The notes below the pieces were generated by a model that ran no database searches, was not told the origin of the DNA, and saw only the letters and a list, made by a program, of their open reading frames with translations. This document shows positions 53,797 through 64,000 of a DNA stretch of 64,000 nucleotides, one piece after another. The stretch lies in assembly GCF_006345805.1 (NCBI RefSeq), contig NC_043013.1, positions 1,922,001 through 1,986,000 of the forward strand. The letters run 5' to 3'. The position numbers and the translations under genes are program-made. Each line of letters opens with the position of its first letter. The first letter of the stretch is position 1. This DNA is from Octopus sinensis. Taxonomy: Eukaryota.

Positions 53797-55040
53797 GGCC
53801 GTGAGCTGGCAGAACCCTGAGCACATCAGACAAAATGCTTAGTGGCATTTCATCCATCTTTATGTTCTAGGTTCAAATTCTGCCGAGGTCAATTTTGCCT
53901 TTCATCCATTCAGGGTCAATAAAATAAGTACCAGTCAAGCATTGAGTGGGTCAATGTAATTGACCAGTTCCCTCCCCCAAAATTTCAGGCTTTGTGCTTA
54001 TAGTAGAAAGGAATCATTTCATTCAACTTGTGGGTCCAAACCATGTAGTTTCAGGGTCAGTCTCACTGTATGGCACTTTGAGCAAGTGTTGTCTACTTTT
54101 AACCTGGGCAAACCAAAGCCTCTGGAAGACAGAAACTGAAAGAAGCTTTGTTTGTGTGTGAGTGTGTTAGTGCCCCTTTGCCTTGACATCAAGTGAGGTT
54201 TGTTAGTGAGTGCCACTGGCATGGTATCATTCATTTTCAATTTTCCATGAAAATATGCTTGGTCCTAAGGAAACCACTTGCTGGAAATTAAGTGAGGGTT
54301 GGTGACAGGAAGGGCATCCATCTTTAGAAAATTTGCCTCAGCGAAATCCCTGTGATTCATGCAAGCATAGAAAAATGATGATGATGAAATAGTGACAAGA
54401 TTGAGATTAGTTCAGTTATGTGTGTCATCACCATCATTATCATCATCAGTTAATGTCTGTTTTCCATGCTGGCATGGGTTGGACGGTTTAACCGAAAACT
54501 GATAAGCTAGGGAGCTGCACCAGATTTCATGGAGATGGAAATATAAGGAACAGCAAATATGATGGTTTTATCAGGATCAGCTTCATTGTAGGAAGGTTTT
54601 TCAAATAGAGGACCTTCTTAATGAGAGACCAGTTGTTCAGAAGGTGAGAGATTTTGCAGTCATTAAAATGCATGAAAGCATCTGTTACATTCTTTATATA
54701 TATGCTTTACAAGTGTATCAGAGGTGGACAAATGCCAATTGACAGGTGATATTGGATCATTTCCTGTACATTTTGTAAGCAGTAAACTTTATCTGCAAAG
54801 CTACTGCAATACTGCAACTTGGGAGTTGTGTGCCCTTTTTTGACCAAGAGGTAAGGAAGGGCCATACTTTTGGGGATGATTTCAGTCCCTTATTTGATTT
54901 CATGCAAACCAGGGATAGAATTTCTGCAATACACACATCTAGAAGCTTTTATCAAATCCACTCATTTACATTTTAACAAAAAGGCAATTTGGAAGCAACA
55001 TTTCTCATACACAAATCGATTATATTTTTTATAGCATATA

Positions 55041-55427
55041 CTCTTTACTCTTTTACTTGTTTCAGTCATTTGACTGCGGTCATGCTGGAGCACTGCTTTT
55101 AGTCGAGCAAATCGACCCCAGGACTTATTCTTTGTAAGCCCAGTACTTGATCTATCGGTCTCTTTTGCTGAACCACTAAGTAACGGGGACGTAAACACAC
55201 CAGCATCGGTTGTCAAGCAATGCTAGGGGGACAAACACAGACACACACACACATATATATATACGACAGGCTTCTTTCAGTTTCCGTCTACCAAATCCAC
55301 TCACAAGGCATTGGTCGGCCCAAGGCTATAGCAGAAGACACTTGCCCAAGATGCCACGCAGTGGGACTGAACCCGGAACCATGTGGTTGGTAAGCAAGCT
55401 ACTTACCACACAGCCACTCCAGCGCCT
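55041..55427 (-). mobile_element. tRNA-derived SINE, family S1, near full length
   Basis: Near-identical to 47536-47934. Confidence 0.9.
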
Positions 55428-57194
55428 ATACATTCAAAACTGCATCCATTCCATGCTTCTATTTTTTTTTTTTTTTTGGTGTGTATGTATGGTGGGGGGA
55501 GTCGTAGTAATGAGATTATTTTAGCTAAATAAATTACATAGGAAAACCAGATACAAAACCATTTCACTTTTGGAAATTTATAGTGTGTGTGAAGTCAAGG
55601 AATTCCTGTTTCATTTGGCACTGTGTGCTATCTGTCCTACGTCCAAGATATTAAATAACTTTTTCTGATCCAATCAATTCAATGCCAATTAGGTACTAAT
55701 AAAAATGCAAATAACCAAAGCAATACTGTATAACTGAAAATCATTTCATTAATAAAACCTGCAAAATATCGCATCATATTAAAACAAATGAACATTTGCA
55801 TAGTTTTCTCAATAAGCCTTGAGGAGAATAAGTTCGTGTTTAGGATATCTGTACCATTTGCAAATCAACTGAATTTAAAGAAGGCAACTTTTTTCAATGT
55901 CCAAAGATTATAATAATGTTAATAAATTTAAACAGTAACTTGATAGAATCAAAAACAAAACTGTGACGGAAATGTTTACATAAGAAAAATTATACAAGCT
56001 GAAAATAAAATAAATGAAATTAAGAGAAAAGTAGAGGTAACACACACACATGGAGGGGACTGACATCCATTGTATAGTTTAGTGATAGAATTAGATACAA
56101 GACCAGCAAATTTGAGGGGAAGGGTTGTTAGTCGATATCACGACCTCAGTCGACCCCAGAGGGATGAAAGTCAAAGCAGATCCCAGCAGGATTTTGACCT
56201 TAATATTAAAGCTGTTATCGTCCAAAGAGCTGCTCTAACTGCAGCTAAAGTTTAACCTAAAGTGAACAAAATGCCTTCTATTATCAGGAATGTGACAACA
56301 AATATGTTATTGTTCTATTAATTTGCAAAAGGAGGTTTCGCTTCATTTCTAAGCAGTCACCGTTATATACTTATGACAATAGATTTATTTACTATTGACA
56401 CAAGTCAATATTTATATTCTAATAACAAAACATTCGTTAAGACTAAAGAAAAAATGCAACATTGTGAAATTACATCATCAAACAAATATAAATAAATAAT
56501 GTGAAATGAAAAGGGTAAAAAATTGAAATGCAAGTTATGTGTTGGATTTTTAAAGAGTTTTTGTAAGTAAAATGACAAATTACCATTTAGGAAGACTGTG
56601 TGAGAAGTTAAGTAGCAAAGAGGAAAAGTAAAAATAGTCTCACAGTAAAAAAACAGTATTTTTATAATGAGTCAGTTGCCACAAAATAAAAAAAAGAAAT
56701 CTCTGCAAACGAATTCAAAGAGGGAATTCCACGCCAAAAATTATGTCACCAATAAAGAGAGAGAGAGTTGAGGGGGCGAGAAAGAGTGGAGACGTCACTT
56801 AAGAATAAAGTAGCGTTTGGATATTATTATAATGCCATTTTAAAAATAGGTTTTCTTCTTCTTCTGTTTAATTATGAATGAAAAATTTAATAGCAAATAC
56901 ACACACACGAATTAGAAATTAGGACGTGAACACACACACACACACACAAAAATACGAATGAGATTTAAAAGCTTAATGAGAAAATCAATGATGATCAAAA
57001 ATTTTGGGCGATTTTCATTTTATGTGTGAGTGAGAGAGGTTGTTTCTCCATGAAATCGTTTAAGAACAACAAAAATGGTCTGGTTTCCGTCTATTTCTGA
57101 AAACGCCAAGTTGTGGGAGGAGTGGGAGGAGAATGGAAAGGAAAAGGTGGAGGAGGCGGAGGGGGGGTCGTCTAGTCAGGTCATTCTGTCATAC

Positions 57195-57254
57195 CTGGAG
57201 AGATTCCGTAGATTGTCCGGATAAGAAGACTGCCAAGATTACGGCACCAGTTGA
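57195..57254 (-). CDS. Candidate exon 2 (STGAVILAVFLSGQSTESLQ), phase 0-0
   Basis: Acceptor ttttttttcgtttaattcaag| and donor CAG|gtatga; 60 nt; hydrophobic stretch. Confidence 0.5.
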
Positions 57255-58429
57255 CTTGAATTAAACGAAAAAAAAAATCACCAGTTTCATTTCTTTTCTT
57301 TTTTTCCTTACAGCCCATAATTTAGAATCACCAAGAAAGAAAAAATTGACAACTTAACCTGTATTTAATTACAGAAATTGGAATCCTGTCAAGGAAGGGA
57401 ATCTACTTATTAAGAAACAGTTTTCATCCATATATATATATAAATAAACATATTACATATATACACATACATGTATACATACGTGTATATAAACATATAC
57501 ATTTATACACATGTATACTTATTGTAAATACCTATGTACTTACATGCTTATTTGTATATGCATATAAATGTATGTACACACACACACACACTATGTATAT
57601 AAATAGATAGATAGATAGATGTGTGTGTGTGTGTGTGTGTGTACACTTTATTCATAGGTACATATTAGCATAAAATCCCATTCTGTGTGCTATTAGTAAT
57701 ATGTTAACTGTCAATCATCTCTTTATTATGATATTTAATATGCATTCCACGATTGTAAAGCTAATTATTACCTCACCATCAAATCTCAAAATATCCGGAA
57801 ATTTAAATGGGTAATATTCCGTACTGAGCTCACAGTATTTTAGCGTAAACACAGACAGACATAAATAGATACAAAGAGAGGACATACCAAACACTAACAG
57901 TACAGTCATAATTAATACATTTTTGTCTACGTAAACAGAGCGATGTAGAAGCTAACATTTTCACCGTTCTAATTCGTGAACATTAAATACTACTTAAGAA
58001 GAATAACAAAAATAATGTTATAGGCTGTCATTTATATTACATATTCCTAGATCTAAGTGGTTGTATGTGCGCTCAACATATGTACTTTTGATACACACAC
58101 AGAGGCAGATATGTGTGTATGTGTGTGTGCATATAGGCTTAAGAATATAGGGCGGGGATAGGAAGAGACGGTCAGTGTTGTGGGTGATAGAATCAGACAT
58201 GCTGCTAATTAGTAAGTTAGACTGACAGAGAAGCAATAAATAAATAAATAGTGGAAGAGGGACAGACGGACGGATAGAGAGAAGATAAGGAAATGCGGTA
58301 GACAATGAGAGAAGAGACGGCGACGGTGGCCGCCACAATAGAAAGAGAGAGAAAGAGAAAGAAAAAGAAGATTCGTACTAATGAAAGTCAGACAAGTAAC
58401 AGACAGACTCGTAGGCAGACAGCAAGATC

Positions 58430-58462
<33 letters not shown>

Positions 58463-59910
58463 GTGGTGATCGTAAGAAGTAGTGATCGGGGTTGCTCCCA
58501 AAATATATATACATATCAATAATGTCCCCTATATCCATTTAACCTGGTTCTTTGCTACACTTGTATGTAGGAGGTTGGAGGGTAGCGACAACCTTTGAAA
58601 CGAAAAGGCAATAAATATGTAATAGCGAAATATAGTGGATAGATTAATTTAGTGTGAATGAAAAGTAGTTGGGTTAATTAGAGTTGGTCGTAGAAGAGTA
58701 GTGAGAGAGAAAGGAGGAGAATGGTAAAGCAAGGTGAAAGAGAAAGGGTTAATTTAGTAGAGGTGACACAGATAAGGGGATGGATGATAGAGGAGAGAAA
58801 GGATGTGGTGATAGAGAGGGGACAAATAAGGGAGACCGAGGGGGAGAGACTGAAATAAAAATAATAAGAACAACGTGGAAAGAGATCGATAGATGAATGA
58901 AGAAAATAAACAGCAGCAGAGCAAAAAGAGAGACGATAAGTGAAAGAGAAAAAATATATATTTATAAAAATAATAATAATATGAGATAATTAAGAGAGAA
59001 AGAAGGGAATTGAATTAAAGAAGCCAGAAAAATAATGAGAAGGAAATGCAGAGAGAGAGAGAGTAGAATGGATAGAGAGAGGGAAATAGAAAAGAGGAGA
59101 TATAAACAAAGCGGAGGGTGAAGGAGAAAGATTATGGAAAAGAGAGAGGGAGAGCAAGAAATGTTTGGGGGAGAATAAGAGGCAAATAAAAAGGGATTTG
59201 GAGAGAGAGATGTGAATGAGAGAGATCTAAATAAAGATGATAGAGGGGGAAAGAAGACGGCTAAGATAGTAGTCGCAGTATTGCAGCTGAATGAAGACCC
59301 TAAAACTGATAAATGGTGAACGAACGGCAACGGGTCGAGGGTGATGAATAGAAGGTTCCTAGGTTTATAAGAATATAATTACATAATAATAATAATAATA
59401 AATGTAGAATTTAGTGAATGGAAGATGCTGGGTGCAAAATATAGAGACACTTGTTTCGTTCGATATTTATGTTTATATATTGAAAATGTTTTTTTTTCTT
59501 TCGAGGGAAACATCAAAATAAATGAATTTAGTAAATATCTGCGCAAAATGCGACGAAAACAGAATAATATGTAATTTATTATAGATGTATGTTATGCATG
59601 TAAGCAGGTGTACAACAATGTGTATGCGGTTGTGTGTGTGCATGTGCAGATATGTATGTGTGTGCATGTGTATGCATGCGTGTGTGTATGCGCGTGTTTC
59701 TCTATCTGTGTCTATTTTTCGAGCGAGCACGGGTGCAATGTAATAAGCAAATAGGTTGTACAAGTTATTTTTAACAGATGGACAGGCAAGAGCAGACGAT
59801 TTCTTCTTCGAGTGGCATTGAGAAAGCAAAAAATAATAATGCATGTATGAGAATCGAAAATACTTGTTTCTGTCTGTTGTTGAAATAATATATAAGCGAA
59901 ATCAACTCAC

Positions 59911-59934
59911 AATGACATTTCTTTGGCAATTCAT
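59911..59934 (-). CDS. Candidate first coding exon (MNCQRNVI), phase 0
   Basis: First ATG in ~140 nt of upstream unique sequence, context CAAG-ATG-A; donor ATT|gtgagt; in frame with exon 2. Confidence 0.45.
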
Positions 59935-60560
59935 CTTGCCGGAGTGTGTGTACGTATGCTGTAGTTAGAAACCTATCAGCAACGGGGAGAAAAATGGTTC
60001 TGGTAAAAGCAGAAAGCGCCACTGATCGTGTGAAGAAATTAACAGACCCGCTTGTCCTGGTCTGCTACTCACTCACTCGCTTCTCTCTTTCTCTCTTATT
60101 TATTCACCAACTTCTGTCTTTTTCACTCACTCACATTTTTCTCTGTCTCATTTTTTTCACATACTAACTTGTCTCTCTCTCTCTCTCTCTCATTCATTCA
60201 CTTTCTTCTCTATGTCTCGTTTTTTTTACTCATTTACTATCTTATCCTTCTCTTTCCCTCTCTCCAATCCACTAACTCCTTTCTCCCTTTTCATTCACTC
60301 GCTTATTATCTTCCCTTTCTCTCTTCACTCACTATCCTCTCTCTCTCTCTCTTTCCCCCATCTAATTTTCACTCACTCACTATTTCCTCTCTCTCTCTCT
60401 CTCTCTCTCGTTTGCTCACTAATATAGTAATTCTCTGTCTCTTTCTCTTTCTCTGTCGTCGACTGTTTAGTGGTTGCACGTGACCGCTTCCGTTCCCATC
60501 CAAACCGGGCACCTCTTTAATGTCGATGACGGTAATAATAATGTGTTGGAAAAAAGTTGT
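59935..60560 (-). promoter_or_regulatory. Putative 5' UTR/promoter region of the minus-strand gene
   Basis: Unique, relatively CpG-containing sequence with a long (CT)-rich tract directly upstream of the candidate ATG; inference only. Confidence 0.3.
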
Positions 60561-61573
60561 TGCTAATGAGGGGAAAACAGATATGGAAAGATTGACAGTA
60601 TAATGTTAATGAACAAATAAGATGATGCAGAGAGACAGAGTAACCAAAATCAGTTGGTTTCAATTGTTTTACATCATTTTATCTTGTTTTGTCTCAGTGT
60701 TCTAAGTTCGATCTTCACCCAATTTAACCCTAATTTTAAAACTGCAGATGGGTTTTTGTATCAGTTGTTAATATGAGAGAACCAATTCAATATTGTTTCT
60801 CCCTTAATAGAATTAGCCCCTATGCCAACTCAAACGAAATTAATATTAGTGATGGCATCAACGCAACGAACTAGCAGAATCGTTTGCACGTTCCGCTGAG
60901 GTCGACTTTGCCTTTCAACCTTTGCGAAGTCGATAAAATAAGTATTATTTGAGCTCTGCAAATTGATGTAATCTACTGGACCCCCTCGTCCAAAATTTTA
61001 GGCCCTTGTGACTATAATAAAAAAAAAGAATATTAGTAATGACATTGAGGATAACGTTGATTATATATAGGGGAAGTATTTCAAACGACGAACATTGATT
61101 GGAAGGGTTACGTGAAGTGATTAATGGGGACTTGGATGTAGGGTGAATACAACATGGGTAACAAGAGCAAAAGAGACGAATTGGGTGAATGTGACATGAG
61201 AGCAACCAGATACGAAGAGCAGGAACCACTCTGATTGTGTTAGAAAAGGAAGGAATGAAGAAACTACGTCTGTGGGTCAGAGGTCGTTTGTGAGCGACTT
61301 CGTAAAGTTATTATTGATAATACATTTGGAAAAGAGATGAGCGCCACAGCTTCCCATATACAATGATTACAACTTTTCAATGGCAGTAGCAACGTTGTAT
61401 CTTTTACTTGTTTGGATTGCGGCCATGCTAGAGCACGGCCTTGAACGGTTTTACTCGAACGAATCGACCTCATTATATTTTTTTAAAGCTCCGTATTTAT
61501 GCAGTCGGTCTCTTTGCCAAACCATTAGGCTACGGGGACTCAAACAAACCGACACTGGTTGTCTAGCGGTGGT

Positions 61574-61604
<31 letters not shown>

Positions 61605-62627
61605 GGAGAAAGAGGAGAGACGATCGGTTTCTTCCAGTTTCACAAGGCATTGAGTGGCCGGGGGGGGGGCTACAGTAGAAGATACCTAAGCTGCCACGCA
61701 TTGGGACTGAAACCAGAACCATGCGGCTGGGTGCCATACTTCTTACTACATAGCCACGCCAGTGCTTTTTTTTTTTAATCTTTTCTTACTGAGCACGAAG
61801 ACTGTCAAATTTTTGTATGGGAAATGTTTTGGTCAATTGGCTCAAGTTTACACTATATTAATGGTATCTATTTTATCGATCCAGAAATATTTTTAACACA
61901 CTCGATGCTTTATTTGGAGTGTCTCTGATATTTACACAATGCACCGAGTAGCAATTTATGCAAAATCGCGTATTTTTTCTCTTCATTTTTCTATAGCTCA
62001 AGCTCCCAAATTATTTTTGAGCAAGCCTAAGTATATTTAGACTATATAGATATACTTACATAGCTTTTATGTTTACCTTATTCAAACTAGTAATTACTAG
62101 CAATTACGCAAAATTAATTCCACAAAACTGCCTTTACCACTTTTGCTACCAAACCACTACGCTTTCCAGAAAACCTGCCAACTTGAGAGAAACTAACCAC
62201 TATTAGTGAGTACTATATTTCAACAGAACTGACCTCCACTACTTCCGACAAATACACAAAAGCCTCTGCAACCATTTATTTTTTTCTGTTGTTTACTTCC
62301 AGTCATTTATTGTTATTATTTCTTTTTATTTAGGTTAACGGCTCGAAAACCAGAGCGACCATACAAGCTGACTTTTCACAAACTGAATACTACAACTTCA
62401 GTCATATTTTGCTCATTGACTATTAATACTTGCTCCAAGTCGTTCGATATTTATTTATCTACGAAGGACGTTGGAGTAGCGGTTTTGTTAGAGGACCGGA
62501 CAAACCGGGTGGCGGCATTTGTTCTGACTGTTTATGTTCTCTGTACAAATTACACCAAGGTCAAACTTTGAAATTGCATCTTCCGCGGGGTCGATGAAAT
62601 AAAGTACCATTGGAGTATAATATAAAG

Positions 62628-63041
62628 GGATCTTTTCAGTTTGAACGGCAGTTTTTTTCTAGCGGTGTCATATAAAATTGTCACCCATAATTATGACCCT
62701 AGTATCGATCTATTGCATTTCAATCTATTTTAGGGTTAGGGTTAGAGTTAGGGGTGGGGGAGGGTATCTTTTTTTTTCTTCACAAATGTAAATAAACCCA
62801 ATCTGTTTCCTGAACGAGGGACATATTCATACGGTACAGAATGTTTTCACCTCAATAGACGTCATTGAGTGGTAGAAATTGAAGAAAAAAAAACAACATA
62901 TCTTACAAACTATAGAATTTTCTCAATAAGGCCAAGAGAAAAAGATGTTTTATAAACACATTCTACCAGTATACGAAATTTAAAAGTGTTTAGTTACGTG
63001 GAAATTATTTTAAAAAACTACCAGTCAAACCGAAAAGATCC
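62628..63041. mobile_element. Non-autonomous DNA transposon (~415 bp) with ~30-bp TIRs and an internal TTAGGG-like tract
   Basis: ggatcttttcagtttgaacggcagtttttt / aaaaaactaccagtcaaaccgaaaagatcc; 8-bp flanks atataaag / aaataaag (7/8). Confidence 0.75.
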
Positions 63042-64000
63042 AAATAAAGTATTATTCATTTCGAGTGAATATAGTCAACCTCTTTCCCTAAAATGTTAAG
63101 GCCTTGTGTCTAAATCAATATTTATACGAGGCAGGTGATGAACAGGGTTATATATATATAAAAAAAAAGGGATGCCAGGGGTTAATCGTAATCATACCGA
63201 CGCCGAAGATTTCCTGGGATATTAAATTAAAGTTTGACTATATTAAAGATGAGGGCTCACAGAAGGAAATGGGGTGTGAAGTCAACTTTATAACCAACCC
63301 GACTCCCTCCTGACGAAATTCCTTACAGAGGCCCCTTCCCTCGTTGCATATTATAAAGGTTTTTCGATGGCTTTGGATGAGGACCCAAACGACTCGTGTC
63401 GCTGCCTTTACAAATGATCGAGATATGCTTACTGCATTCTTTCAAATAGCTGATGATTACCTATTAAAATGGAAACAGGATTGTATCGAGCACGACATAT
63501 TTGTGTTATCTTAGCAAGATTAAGCGGCGAGTTGACGAGAGTCGTTGGCGCAACTGACAAAACCCCCAAACATTGCTTTTTATTGCTCTTTGCATTCTAA
63601 GTTCAATCAAATAACGCCACGGTCGACTTTGCCTTTCATCCTTTCAGGGTCGATAAAATTAAGTACCCGTCAAGTACTGGAGCCGATGGTATTGGCTAAT
63701 CTCCTTCTGCTAAAAATGCTAGCCCTGTGCCAAAATTTGCAACCTTTATTAGACGGCGCGTTGGCAGAATCGTTAGCAGGTCGGACCAAATGCTTTGGCG
63801 ACATTTCTTCTGGCTCTTTATGTTCTGAGATCAAATTCTGCCGAGGTTAACTTTGGCTTTCGCCTTTTCTGAGTCGATGTAATCGATTATATCCAACTCT
63901 AAAATTACTGGCCTTGTGCCAAAATTTGAAATTATTATGTTACAAGGTTAACAGTTTTTCTTTTATTTTGTTTCAGTCATTTGACTGCGGCCATGCTGGA

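Noticed and set aside
62720-62750. Interstitial telomere or fusion site
   Set aside because: Only ~3-4 imperfect TTAGGG units, internal to a TIR element

Overview
AT-rich, repeat-dense eukaryotic DNA. The SINE and RTE families and the (AT)n/(AC)n/(AAT)n/(GAT)n microsatellites look like those of an Octopus (coleoid cephalopod) genome; this assignment is from recognition, not a database search. Most of the window appears to be intronic sequence of a minus-strand multi-exon gene. Five small candidate exons (59911-59934, 57195-57254, 27988-28048, 18996-19057, 6343-6444) have canonical splice sites and join in frame to give 103 aa with no homologue I recognise. The introns hold a degraded RTE LINE (1-3461), a young CR1-clade LINE (42458-45081), at least three tRNA-SINE families, many truncated RTE tails, mariner/Tc1 remnants, piggyBac-, hAT- and Helitron-type non-autonomous elements, several foldback palindromes and two tandem arrays. 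The most unusual items are: a tRNA-headed element ending in a Penelope-type minimal hammerhead ribozyme motif; a ~69-copy 26-bp minisatellite grown from a module of the RTE 3' UTR; a ~294-bp-arm foldback beside a candidate exon; and a CpG-decayed ETS/CRE-motif array. Most short ORFs in the track, and the three ~640-aa ORFs at 38-40 kb, are repeat artefacts. Coordinates were counted by hand and repeat edges may be off by a few bases.
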